From contig JAISEJ010000119.1 of assembly GCA_031264155.1 (NCBI GenBank), forward strand, positions 1 to 42,196: DNA of 42,196 bases, given 5' to 3'. Every line of letters starts with the position of its first letter. The first letter of the stretch is position 1. This DNA comes from Tannerella sp. Its GTDB lineage: Bacteria > Bacteroidota > Bacteroidia > Bacteroidales > Tannerellaceae. The translations under genes and the position numbers were made by a program. Positions 29,887-39,339 of the stretch are shown piece after piece. The notes under the pieces are model-generated. The model did not search any database, was not told the DNA's origin, and saw nothing but the letters and a program-made list of their open reading frames with translations.

Positions 29887-30810
29887 TTATCTTATTACTG
29901 CGTTGCCACGTCCGTTAACCGAACTCCAGTTGGTAATCGTTCCGGTAACAGATACGGCGTGCTTGTTAAGCGTAACGACGTAGTCATACATCGTGCCTTC
30001 AGCCAGTCTGCCGCCATTGATACCGTATTGTCCCGACAGTTCCCATGTATATTCGTTGCCGCCGACAGTAAAGACAACCTCATGATTGCCGTTCAGCGAG
30101 GTCGGAAGCAGGATGGATTCGTATTTGTACGAGCCTGTCTGCTTGGGCGTGATATAGTAAGGATCCCGTTCGTTGCTTAAGACGTCCGTTTTTACATTGA
30201 AATCCGCCTTAGTTTTCATTCCCTTGATGGTTACGGTCAGTCCGTACAGGTTACCGACGCCCGCACCAGCTTGAACGGTCACGTTCAGTTTTGCCAACCG
30301 ATGCCTGAATCGCAAATTGACATCGCCAGTATAAGTTTTGTCATATCCTGCGCTGTTGTTGCCGGCGATCTCGGAGCGCATCAGGTCGATAGCCGTCAGG
30401 CTGTTCTGGTCGCCTACATTTACACGATACGTCCAGTCTGCATCATTCAATCCCGCCTGGTAGGGATGGTAGGCGATAAAGTCCACCGCGTTCCCGTTCT
30501 GCGGGTAATAGATTTTCGTACCGGCCTCAATAAATCCGACAGCGCCGGTTCCGTATCCGGAGGCGGTGTACGATATGTTGGCATATCCTTCGGAAACGTT
30601 TGTTGACCTGTGTTCCGTCATGTAGATACCGACAGGGTCGCCTCTTTCCCACGAATCGCCGCTGACGCGGGTCTGTACGTCTGTTGAGCCATCTGCGGCG
30701 AATTTTACCGCTATGCGCTCATCACTCACTGTTTCGTCGTCCATGCTGCACGATACGAATACGATTGCTGCCAATGCAGTCATTGCAAAGAATATTACTT
30801 GCTTTTTCAT
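29887..30810 (-). CDS. Fimbrillin-family (type V) pilin lipoprotein
   Basis: Lipobox FVSC, VQTR site, GDPVGIY, FIAYHPY, LRFRHRLAK, and a C-terminal donor-strand-like TITNW. Confidence 0.92.
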   Translation of the reverse strand: MKKQVIFFAMTALAAIVFVSCSMDDETVSDERIAVKFAADGSTDVQTRVSGDSWERGDPVGIYMTEHRSTNVSEGYANISYTASGYGTGAVGFIEAGTKIYYPQNGNAVDFIAYHPYQAGLNDADWTYRVNVGDQNSLTAIDLMRSEIAGNNSAGYDKTYTGDVNLRFRHRLAKLNVTVQAGAGVGNLYGLTVTIKGMKTKADFNVKTDVLSNERDPYYITPKQTGSYKYESILLPTSLNGNHEVVFTVGGNEYTWELSGQYGINGGRLAEGTMYDYVVTLNKHAVSVTGTITNWSSVNGRGNAVIR

Positions 30811-30855
30811 CTTTATCTGAATTAAATTATATAAAAATAGTTATTTCTTAGTTTC

Positions 30856-31725
30856 CTAATCGGCTATCGCATTGCCGCTGTCTTCCGTCCATGGGTCGAT
30901 GGTCGCCGTGAAGCCGCCTGCCGTTGGCGTTACCACGAGGATGGAATACAGGACAAGCGGCATTCTTTTGCCGGTGTTGAACGAAGCAAGCCGGCTTGAC
31001 AGATCCGATACAACCGTATAAGTCGAAGGGATTCCATCTGCGAATTGCAGGGTGAGCGAGAGGATTTGCGCGTTGTTCGTAACGCCCAAAAGACGCATAG
31101 TAGCCGAATATTCATCATTTATTTGCGTAAATACGGGCGTAACCGTTACTGCATCACCTGCCGGGTTGCCGCTTATGATGTTGATAGCTCCCGCCACACC
31201 CGAAAGCGTTGCATCAATGCCTGTAATGCGTTCTTTAGCATCGCCCGCAAGTTCCAGTTCGAGCGTTAGTTGCCTTACCTGCTGCTGCATGGGAACGGTT
31301 ATGTCATGGAGCTTGTCCTTTTCAATCACGACGCTGTGGGAGCCTGTGAAAAACCAGCCAATGTCGCTGCCTGCCCATGCCGACGGGTACGTTGCCGTTG
31401 CCGTTTCGCCGTTTACCGTAATGCCGTTTACTACATTATATACATGTAAGGACAGGCTTCCTTCGTCGAAAAAATAGTCTATCGTGTTCATTTCGCCCGA
31501 AAGCGTCTCCGTATGGCTGCCGATTTGTGCCGTATAGCTATTGGGGATGTCGACCCATTCGCCACAGTCTTCCCATGTGGTAGTCAGTGCTATTTTCCCG
31601 TATTCGGGGTGGTCGGTGTTGTAGAGCGTCTCCTGCACGCAGGATGTCTGGACTGTGATTTGTGCGACTGTCAGGATTAACAGGACTGTTTTCCCGACAG
31701 TTTCTTTCATATTAAACTGTTTCAT
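30856..31725 (-). CDS. FimB/Mfa2-like pilus anchor or accessory lipoprotein
   Basis: TSC lipobox then ETLYNTDHP..GKI, GWFF, VPMQQQVRQL, and C-terminal ATIDPW. No Arg processing site near the N terminus. Confidence 0.75.
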   Translation of the reverse strand: MKQFNMKETVGKTVLLILTVAQITVQTSCVQETLYNTDHPEYGKIALTTTWEDCGEWVDIPNSYTAQIGSHTETLSGEMNTIDYFFDEGSLSLHVYNVVNGITVNGETATATYPSAWAGSDIGWFFTGSHSVVIEKDKLHDITVPMQQQVRQLTLELELAGDAKERITGIDATLSGVAGAINIISGNPAGDAVTVTPVFTQINDEYSATMRLLGVTNNAQILSLTLQFADGIPSTYTVVSDLSSRLASFNTGKRMPLVLYSILVVTPTAGGFTATIDPWTEDSGNAIAD

Positions 31726-31780
31726 ATCTGTATTGTATTAATCATTGTTATCATAAAATTTAAATAAATCACTGTTGGGA

Positions 31781-32359
31781 CTATTTTATTTTCCAAATCA
31801 GCGAGATGCCCGCCTGTGTCGGACTGATCACGCTTTTCCGTAATTCGCCGTCTTTACGCACCGTAATTCCGTTGCTGCGTCGGTAGCTTTCGTATTTGAG
31901 GCTTGTATAGCCCAATCCCAAAGAGAGTTCCATATCGACGGATTTGCTTAGTGTCAGGCGGTAGCCGCCAGTCAGTCCGCCGCCGAAAATATCACCCTGG
32001 TAGCCTGTGTCGCCGAATTTGAAGTTAAATTCGCCTGCATGTTCTTCAATGCCGATAAACCCGTTTTTATTTTTGCCCATATAGAAGCGGATTTCGGGCT
32101 GTATGAGCAATGTGCGGTGGTGGTTTTCTTTGTTGCTCCAAGTCCAGTTACTATATGCGCCGTTTATGAGAAAGCCGATATTTGCCGACGGTTTCCACTC
32201 CAGACCTAAATTAGGTGTGGCGACTGCCCAGTAGAGTAAATTGGTGCGGAATGAGAATTTTCCCCGATCCGCATCAACGCGATCCTGCGTCTGGGCATAG
32301 CCTGAAAGGATTGCCAATAGCAGCAGCGCGGTTGTAAATAAGATTCTTTGTTCATGCAT
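31781..32359 (-). CDS. DUF3575-like outer membrane beta-barrel protein
   Basis: RTNLLYWAVATPNLGLEW, QPEIRFY, GLTGGY and PTQAGISLIW, typical of Bacteroidales fimbrial loci. Confidence 0.88.
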   Translation of the reverse strand: MHEQRILFTTALLLLAILSGYAQTQDRVDADRGKFSFRTNLLYWAVATPNLGLEWKPSANIGFLINGAYSNWTWSNKENHHRTLLIQPEIRFYMGKNKNGFIGIEEHAGEFNFKFGDTGYQGDIFGGGLTGGYRLTLSKSVDMELSLGLGYTSLKYESYRRSNGITVRKDGELRKSVISPTQAGISLIWKIK

Positions 32360-32439
32360 ATTATTCTTTGTTTAAAATATTCACTTTTTCTTTGTTACAT
32401 CATTTCTTTATCTATTGTTTATTTGTTTGTTTTCAGATG

Positions 32440-32560
32440 GAAACATTCTCCGTTTTCAACGCGAACGTTCCCGTTGCTGGATACGAGCGTTCACATTCCC
32501 AGACGCGAACGTCCGCGCAGGGAGTAGACGAACGTTCGTGTCGGAAAACGCGAACGTTCG
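32440..32560. repeat. Array of six CGAACGTTC(G)-like palindromic cores spaced 22-23 bp
   Basis: Cores at 32440 (gaaacattc), 32462, 32484, 32506, 32529 and 32551. The sequence between cores is variable. Confidence 0.85.
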
Positions 32561-32566
32561 CATTTT

Positions 32567-32968
32567 TTACTTGCCGCTGACAAGGTCTTCGGAAAATACA
32601 AAACTTGCTCCTTTCAAAGCTTCTTTCAACGTTTTACCCGGAGAGAAGCGAATGTTCAGGTTCTTGACACTAGCGACAGTAACTTCTTCTTTGGTATCGC
32701 TCCCCTCGCCGTTGCAGGTAAGATGGAATGAACCCCAGTCGCCTAACTGCACGCTGTTGCTTGCCAGCAGATTGCGTAGCAGCACTTTTTCCAACTGGTC
32801 AAGCGACATTTCGGCTTCCTTGCGGTTAAGCGTTGTTTCGTCGGCTATTTCCTTAGCTACTTCTTTCTCCCCCACCTGGCTGATGGTTTTCACCGTGGTA
32901 TACCATTTCTTCGGAATCGTCCGATCCTGAGGATTCGCCCGTTCCACTTTATTTAATACGATTGGCAT
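32567..32968 (-). CDS. HU-related (histone-like) DNA-binding protein, Bacteroidota HU_rel type
   Basis: ERANPQD...KKWY, SVQLGDWGSF and NIRFSPG motifs. First gene of the pilus cluster. Confidence 0.9.
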   Translation of the reverse strand: MPIVLNKVERANPQDRTIPKKWYTTVKTISQVGEKEVAKEIADETTLNRKEAEMSLDQLEKVLLRNLLASNSVQLGDWGSFHLTCNGEGSDTKEEVTVASVKNLNIRFSPGKTLKEALKGASFVFSEDLVSGK

Positions 32969-33060
32969 TGTTTGATAAGATTAAATTGTTAAACATATTG
33001 TTAATTAACGCGTATATTTCAGATATAATAAGTTTCGGGCGAAACAATGGGATTTGGCAT

Positions 33061-33097
33061 AAAACACCAAAAGCCATCTTAAAATAAGATAGCTTTT
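33061..33097 (-). terminator. Intrinsic terminator/attenuator in the leader of the pilus operon
   Basis: The minus strand reads AAAAGCTATCTTA-TTT-TAAGATGGCTTTT-GGTGTTTT, a 13 bp stem with one G-U pair and a U-rich tail. Confidence 0.75.
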
Positions 33098-33133
33098 CTT
33101 GTTTATTAAAAAATAAATACTTAACTACGCGCG

Positions 33134-33238
<105 letters not shown>

Positions 33239-33397
33239 AAGGATGTTAATTAACTCAAAACGGGACAAATATCTTACATTAATGTTGGACATACTACTTT
33301 ATTAAAAACCACATATAACATGATGTAAAAAGACTTATGCATATACTTTCAAAAGATCACGATATATACACTCTCAAAAGACATACACAAACACCGG

Positions 33398-33427
33398 CAA
33401 ATTTATTGCTTTTTTTTGAAAAACAAA
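33398..33427 (-). promoter_or_regulatory. Probable sigma-A promoter of the pilus operon (TTTG-N18-TAAATTTG)
   Basis: caaattta at 33398-33405 and caaa at 33424-33427 on the + strand. Confidence 0.6.
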
Positions 33428-33522
33428 ATAAAAACATAAAAATAAACTGATTTTTTTACAGGTATGTCATTTTTTGCAGAAAAGTCCATGCCCGACGATA
33501 TGTGTTGTTGTGTTGTGCATTG

Positions 33523-33600
33523 TGTAGGGGCGTAGCGCGCTACGCCCTCACAGATGGTTGTCATGGTACGGTAGAGACAGGGCATGCCCTGTCTCTACCG
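33523..33600. repeat. Two GTAG-family REP-like palindromes
   Basis: TGTAGGGGCGTAGCGCGCTACGCCCTCACA (33523-33552) and the perfect 32 bp palindrome CGGTAGAGACAGGGCATGCCCTGTCTCTACCG (33569-33600). Confidence 0.85.
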
Positions 33601-33871
33601 GAAACGCGGCAAATATGATATACTCAAACAGAACCGGTATGCGAAAAACCAGCCCGATTTTATACTTTGCGCGGGATCGTTTTATGTATTGCGGGCTGAT
33701 ACCGGAGGTGTCCGGGACTGATAAGTGCACAGTATAAATATCATTCAACGAGGTCTGTTTATGGTTAAAAAGGAAGGATAAAATGGTCATTTTTAAAGAA
33801 TATATGGAATGGAACTTTGTCGTGACATGAAAAGATGCTATATTTGAAGGCTTAATCATTGTTCTTAAAAT

Positions 33872-36181
33872 ATGAAAATAATATATTTGTTATATGTGAC
33901 TGTTTTTTTGTTCCTTTTGTCTCCCGTAGCGGCACAGAAAGTCGGACTGGTGCTAAGCGGAGGCGGGGCGAGGGGAGCTGCGCATATAGGCGTGATCAGG
34001 GCGTTGGAGGAAAACGATATACCGATTGATTATATAACCGGCACGTCCATCGGCGCTATTGTAGGGAGCCTTTACGCGATGGGTTATACGCCGGATGAGA
34101 TGCTGGAGCTGATCCTTTCGGATGAGTTTGGCTCCTGGCAAACCGGAACGGTGGAAAATGAATATATCTATTATTTCAAGAAACCGGAAGAAACGCCACA
34201 ATTTATGCATTTTGCGCTGAATCTGAAAGATTCCGTGTTTATTGATGGTTTATTGCCGGGTAGCATTATTAATCCGATTCAGATGAATCAGGCGTTTATG
34301 GAGCTTTATGCGCAGGCTACTGCCAAATCTGCATGGAATTTTGATAATTTGTTCGTTCCTTTTCGTTGTATGGGGGCGGACGTCTATGGAAAAAAGGCGA
34401 TAACGTTTCGTAACGGCGATTTGGGTGACGCCGTACGTATTTCCATGACATTCCCGTTTGTTTTTAACCCGATATGGAAGGATGGCGTTCCGCTTTTTGA
34501 TGGGGGGATCTATGATAATTTCCCGATAAAAGCGATGAAGGAGGATTTTAATCCGGATTTTATACTGGGTTCGGCCGTACGAGGAGGCGGATTGAAACCA
34601 TCGGGAAATCCTATGAGTCAAATTGAAACGATGATCATGCAGAAAACGGAATATAAGATTCCGGAAGAAGATGGAATATTGCTTGAGATGCGCCTTCCCG
34701 ATGTTTTTCTGTTGGATTTTTACAAAGCTAAGGACGTCATGCAAATTGGTTATGACCGTACAATGGCATTGATAGATACCATAAAAACCCGCGTTAACCG
34801 TGAAGTTCCTTTAGCTGACGTGATGGCTCGCCGTAAAGCGTATAGAGAGAGCCTGCCGCCGTTAAAATTTACGAATATCTATATCACAGGAGTGACGGAA
34901 GCGCAGCGACATTATATTACGGCGCAGCTGACGCACGATATCAATGGAGATTTTACGATGGAGGAATTTCGACGCACTTATTTTAAGATGCTGACTTATT
35001 CGAAGATAAAAGAGATTATACCGTCTGCTATCTATAATTGGAAAAATAAAACCTTCGATCTTTATTTGGCAGTCAAGATCAAAGACGAAATAAAAATATC
35101 CATAGGCGGGAATATTTCCTCTCACCAGGCTAACCAGTTGTTTCTGGGACTTGAGTACCAGAGCTTGGGCGAGACGTCTGCCGATTATAATGCCAATTTC
35201 CAAATGGGTAATTCCTTTAGCGGCGTGTCTATAGACGGACGATTTTTTCCGTCGGCCAATATCCCCGGCTATATCGGATTGAAGCTTGCCTATTCGAATA
35301 AAAACTATTCGCAAAGCCAGTCCCTGTTTTATGAAGATCTTGTTCCGGCATTTATCAAAAAGCGTGAACGTTTTATCAAAGTCCGTTACGGATTCCCGTT
35401 TATACATCGTTCGAAAGTAGATGCTTTTGCCGGATTAGCCACGCTCACGGATTTTTACTACCAGACCACGTCCTTTACAGGCCTTGATTTTGATGTAAGT
35501 AGATATAATCTTTTCAATACCGGTGTCCGGTTTGAACGAAACACCCTCGATTACCGGCAATACCCGACGAAAGGTCGCCAGCAATTGCTGACTGCACAAT
35601 ATATATTAGGAAGCGAACAATACCGGCAGGGAGGACGCAAGTATTTTACGGATGCCGGAAAGCATGACTGGTTTCAGGTGAAAGGGATATGGCAAAATTT
35701 TCCGAATATGAAAAACCGGTTTAACCTCGGTTTCATGGGAGAAGCGGTGTATAGCACTAAAAAGTCCAATTCCAATTATACTTCGACCGTTTTGCGGGCT
35801 TCGGCATTTACTCCTACGCCTCACAGTAAGATCTCTTTCAATGAAGCGTTCTATGCCGACAGTTATATAGCGGCAGGCGTCATTCCGATCATCAAACTGA
35901 ATGAAATGTTTCATTTTCGTCTGGAAGCTTACGGATTTGCTCCTCTACGGGCGATTCGAAAAGAGGCATATACAATAGGCGAAAATCCGACGGTGTATTA
36001 CAAAGCCCGGTACGGAGATATTTTTAGTTCATATCAGTATATGGGAGAAGTGGCGTTTGTCCTTCACCTGCCGTTTGTCTCGGTTAGCTTGTTTGTGAAC
36101 GGTTACAGCTATCCGAAAAACAATTATAATGTAGGGTTGAATATAGGGTATTTGATCTTTGATTCGGGGTTTTTGGATTAA
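33872..36181 (+). CDS. Patatin-like phospholipase with POTRA-like linker and C-terminal beta-barrel (PlpD-like)
   Basis: Signal peptide, SGGGARG, GTSIG and DGG motifs, followed by a barrel-like C-terminal half ending GLNIGYLIF. Confidence 0.9.
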   Translation: MKIIYLLYVTVFLFLLSPVAAQKVGLVLSGGGARGAAHIGVIRALEENDIPIDYITGTSIGAIVGSLYAMGYTPDEMLELILSDEFGSWQTGTVENEYIYYFKKPEETPQFMHFALNLKDSVFIDGLLPGSIINPIQMNQAFMELYAQATAKSAWNFDNLFVPFRCMGADVYGKKAITFRNGDLGDAVRISMTFPFVFNPIWKDGVPLFDGGIYDNFPIKAMKEDFNPDFILGSAVRGGGLKPSGNPMSQIETMIMQKTEYKIPEEDGILLEMRLPDVFLLDFYKAKDVMQIGYDRTMALIDTIKTRVNREVPLADVMARRKAYRESLPPLKFTNIYITGVTEAQRHYITAQLTHDINGDFTMEEFRRTYFKMLTYSKIKEIIPSAIYNWKNKTFDLYLAVKIKDEIKISIGGNISSHQANQLFLGLEYQSLGETSADYNANFQMGNSFSGVSIDGRFFPSANIPGYIGLKLAYSNKNYSQSQSLFYEDLVPAFIKKRERFIKVRYGFPFIHRSKVDAFAGLATLTDFYYQTTSFTGLDFDVSRYNLFNTGVRFERNTLDYRQYPTKGRQQLLTAQYILGSEQYRQGGRKYFTDAGKHDWFQVKGIWQNFPNMKNRFNLGFMGEAVYSTKKSNSNYTSTVLRASAFTPTPHSKISFNEAFYADSYIAAGVIPIIKLNEMFHFRLEAYGFAPLRAIRKEAYTIGENPTVYYKARYGDIFSSYQYMGEVAFVLHLPFVSVSLFVNGYSYPKNNYNVGLNIGYLIFDSGFLD

Positions 36182-36212
36182 TTTTTTCAACCAACCGACT
36201 TTCGCTGTCAAG

Positions 36213-36236
36213 AACATTGCCGGCTGGCAATGTTTT
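36213..36236. terminator. Hairpin between convergent genes (probable bidirectional terminator)
   Basis: AACATTGCC-ggct-GGCAATGTT followed by Ts. Confidence 0.6.
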
Positions 36237-37163
36237 TCAAAAATAGTAGTATAACGTTACTTTTACAGGGAAATGATCCGATAACATGCGTACTTCGGCC
36301 TCTACGGAAAATACGTCTTTGGGAAAATCGCCGGCGTCGAGTTTGTTGTCGTTTACAGGAGTGCGGTAACTGTCCGTTAATATGCCATAGCGATCAGCCC
36401 TAAGTTTGTCCGATATAAAAATGTGGTCGATGCGACTATTGGTTGCACGGTTGCTTTTGAATGAATTGAATGTTCCGTTTAACGCATAACGAATCTTGGC
36501 TGTTTCGTATGTATCGTGAAGGACATCGGAGTTTGCAAGAAGTTTGTAACTTTCATTCGTCTGGTCAACATTGAAATCGCCGGTAAGAATGACGGCGGCG
36601 TCATTTCCGCACATTTCTTTTATTTTATTCAGGATAAGATTAGCGCTTTGTCGCCGGGCTTCCTTGCCGACATGGTCAAAATGTATGTTGAAGAACCACA
36701 GTTCCTTCTCCTTTTTAAGGTCTTCAAACTGCCCCCACGTACAAATGCGCGGTAACGCCGCATCCCATCCTTTGTTAGGATAATCCGTATTTTCGGAAAG
36801 CCAGAAATTTCCTGATTTTAAGAGCCGGAAACGATCTTTTTTGTAAAATATCGGAGTATATTCCCCTTTTGTTTTTCCGTCATCCCGTCCCACGCCGGTA
36901 TATCCGTATTCGGGAAGTTTGTTGAGAAGGTCTTCAAGTTGATTGTTTAGTACTTCCTGTGTTCCGAAAATGTCAAAATCGTTAAACAGTATCTGCTGTG
37001 CAATTAATGGGCAACGTCTTTCCCATCCGTTGCCTGCATTTTTGTCGTCCCCGCTGTCATAACGGATGTTGTATGTTCCCACGATAAGATCCTGTGCATA
37101 AGTAAAACGGAAAGAGCCGTTTACAAATATCAATGTAGCTAATAATAATAAACCTTTTTTCAT
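36237..37163 (-). CDS. Secreted endonuclease/exonuclease/phosphatase-family protein
   Basis: TYNIR, GTQE, NIHFDH, GDFN, IDHIF and SDHFPV motifs. TACTTTTG promoter at 37238-37245. Confidence 0.93.
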   Translation of the reverse strand: MKKGLLLLATLIFVNGSFRFTYAQDLIVGTYNIRYDSGDDKNAGNGWERRCPLIAQQILFNDFDIFGTQEVLNNQLEDLLNKLPEYGYTGVGRDDGKTKGEYTPIFYKKDRFRLLKSGNFWLSENTDYPNKGWDAALPRICTWGQFEDLKKEKELWFFNIHFDHVGKEARRQSANLILNKIKEMCGNDAAVILTGDFNVDQTNESYKLLANSDVLHDTYETAKIRYALNGTFNSFKSNRATNSRIDHIFISDKLRADRYGILTDSYRTPVNDNKLDAGDFPKDVFSVEAEVRMLSDHFPVKVTLYYYF

Positions 37164-37334
37164 CTGTATATAAAGTTAAAAATTCGACATTACGTAATAA
37201 ATTAAGAATCGTTTTCGTTCCTCGTTTTTTTTCATCACAAAAGTATAAAAAAAAGCTGTAAATTTAAAAGTTTGTCGGGATTACGTATAATTTTGTCGGG
37301 GAAAGAGATAAAAATGGATTTTTTGAAAGGGGAC

Positions 37335-37367
37335 AAAAAAAGGTTGCCCGGAAAATCGGACAACCTT
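37335..37367 (-). terminator. Intrinsic terminator of the rplM-rpsI-rpsB-tsf operon
   Basis: AAGGTTGTCCG-ATTTTC-CGGGCAACCTTTTTTT on the minus strand. Confidence 0.85.
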
Positions 37368-37422
37368 CAAAATCTAATCAGGATATTGATATATTCATCA
37401 ATGTTAAATGTGACATAATGTA

Positions 37423-38247
37423 TTAATCGACATTGAGCGTAACGCGCTTAAATGATGTTACGGTCAAATCTTTATCTTGCTGTTTAAGATATTGTTCAAT
37501 CGTCAATTTTGAGTCTTTTACAAATTCCTGCTGCAAGAGTGTGTTCTCTTTATAAAATTTCTGGAGTGCACCTTCAACGATTCTATCAAGAAGGGCTTCC
37601 GGTTTGCCGGCTTGAATGGCTTTGTCGCGGGCGATTGCCTTTTCCGTGTCGATGACCTTCTGAGGAACATCGGCCGGAGTAATTGAAACGGGATTCATTG
37701 CAGCTACCTGCATCGCTACATCGCGTTTTACCTGGCGTTCCGCATCTTTGTTGAATGCAACGATTGTAGCCAGTTTGTTTCCCGGATGTATGTATGAAAT
37801 AGTCGAAGCGCCATTCACAAATTCGTAGAAACCAAGTTCCATTTTTTCTCCCGTAACGCCTATGCGGTCGATAATGTGATTTTCAACCGTACGGCCATCC
37901 GCCGGCGTCAAAGCGAGAAGTTCTTCTTTCGAAGCCGGTTTGTTTGCCATAGCAAGGTCAAGAAAACTTTGTGTCATTGCAATGAAATCTGCATTCTTTG
38001 CAACGAAATCGGTTTCGCATTTCACGGCTACGATCGCTGCGAAATCGCCGTTCTCCATCGCTAAAACACAACCTTCCGCGGCTTCGCGATCAGAGCGTTT
38101 TGCTGCAACAGCCTGACCTTTTTTACGGATTATTTCCATTGCTCTCTCAAAATCATTACCGGATTCTTCCAGGGCGCTCTTGCAATCCATCATACCTGCA
38201 CCGCTCATTTTACGCAATTTTGTTATATCTGCTAATGTTACTGCCAT
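37423..38247 (-). CDS. tsf: Elongation factor Ts
   Basis: KLRKMSGAGMMDCK and CETDFVAKN. Start at MAVTLAD. Confidence 0.98.
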   Translation of the reverse strand: MAVTLADITKLRKMSGAGMMDCKSALEESGNDFERAMEIIRKKGQAVAAKRSDREAAEGCVLAMENGDFAAIVAVKCETDFVAKNADFIAMTQSFLDLAMANKPASKEELLALTPADGRTVENHIIDRIGVTGEKMELGFYEFVNGASTISYIHPGNKLATIVAFNKDAERQVKRDVAMQVAAMNPVSITPADVPQKVIDTEKAIARDKAIQAGKPEALLDRIVEGALQKFYKENTLLQQEFVKDSKLTIEQYLKQQDKDLTVTSFKRVTLNVD

Positions 38248-38356
38248 AATATTGTTTTTTATTATTTTTGTTGATACTTTTTGTCGCATGCAGGAGAATT
38301 ATTTGCCTTGTATGTAAATAATTCTTCGAGAAACGACATTCGGATATGTTATTTTT

Positions 38357-39202
38357 TTATTCTTCGGAATGATCTTCTGTTTCGGTCGGTACATCTTTTA
38401 TTTCAACTTCTTCGGCAGGAGTTTCTTCCGATTTCTTTGCGCGTGTTTTCCGCTCGCGTTTAGGGGCTGCTTCACTGGGTTCGTCACCACTATCATCTTT
38501 GTTTGCGCGTTCTGCTTTACCTTCCCGTATGCCGTCCTGAATTGCTTTGCAAAGAGTGCCTAAAATCAATTCTACGGATTTTGTAGCGTCATCATTTGCC
38601 GGAATCACGAAATCGACATTTGAGGGATTGGAGTTTGTATCAACCATTCCGAACACAGGTATGCCCAGACGGTTTGCTTCGCGAACGGCAATATGTTCTT
38701 TCATCACGTCGACAACGAACAATGCGGACGGAAGACGGTTAAGGTCTGCAATAGAACCAAGATTTTTTTCCAATTTCGCACGCTGGCGTGTGATTTGCAG
38801 TTTTTCTCTTTTTGAGAGATTGTCGAATGTGCCGTCGGTAGCCATTTTGTCGATAGTTGACATTTTCTTTACAGCCTTACGGATCGTAGGGAAGTTTGTC
38901 AGCATGCCACCCGGCCAACGCTCGATAACATAAGGCATGTTAACGGCGGTAGCCATATCGGCGACAATCTGTTTTGCCTGTTTTTTGGTAGCAACGAACA
39001 GGATTTTGCGTCCCGATTTGGCGAGATTTTTCATTGCCTCCGCCGCTTCGTCTATTTTTGCAACTGTTTTGTATAAATCAATGATATGAATACCATTTCG
39101 CTCCATGAATATATAAGGAGCCATTGCGGGGTTCCATTTACTCCTTAAGTGCCCGAAATGAACACCCGCCTCTAATAATTGTTCAAAACTTACTCTTGAC
39201 AT
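38357..39202 (-). CDS. rpsB: 30S ribosomal protein S2
   Basis: LLEAGVHFGH, RWPGGMLTN and PANDDA. Confidence 0.99.
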   Translation of the reverse strand: MSRVSFEQLLEAGVHFGHLRSKWNPAMAPYIFMERNGIHIIDLYKTVAKIDEAAEAMKNLAKSGRKILFVATKKQAKQIVADMATAVNMPYVIERWPGGMLTNFPTIRKAVKKMSTIDKMATDGTFDNLSKREKLQITRQRAKLEKNLGSIADLNRLPSALFVVDVMKEHIAVREANRLGIPVFGMVDTNSNPSNVDFVIPANDDATKSVELILGTLCKAIQDGIREGKAERANKDDSGDEPSEAAPKRERKTRAKKSEETPAEEVEIKDVPTETEDHSEE

Positions 39203-39209
39203 TTTCTTT

Positions 39210-39315
39210 TTTTTAATCGTTTACATTCTTTTTTTGTTAAACATCAACCGTCCGGTAGTTTGCCGACATTCGTACATGCAGAAAAAATCCAGACAATTTA
39301 GATACTAAACGCATT
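39210..39315 (-). promoter_or_regulatory. Probable structured rpsB leader (S2 autoregulation)
   Basis: CGTTTA pairs with TAAACG next to the start codon and encloses a TCTGG...CCGGA stem. Position fits known S2 leaders. Confidence 0.45.
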
Positions 39316-39339
39316 TTACTTGCAAGAACCTCACAAATA

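Noticed and set aside
32440..32560. Possible mini-CRISPR or DGR template repeat
   Set aside because: Cores (9-10 bp) and spacers (13-14 nt) are far too short for CRISPR. The sequence has no similarity to the tip gene's 3' end and lacks AAC runs.
33239..33520. Invertible promoter for the pilus operon
   Set aside because: I found no inverted repeat pair flanking the promoter and no recombinase gene in the window.
37288..37367. Plus-strand TAATTTTG facing the tsf terminator, a possible sRNA
   Set aside because: The nearest TTTG is only 13 nt upstream and the hairpin's U-tract is on the minus strand, so support is too weak.
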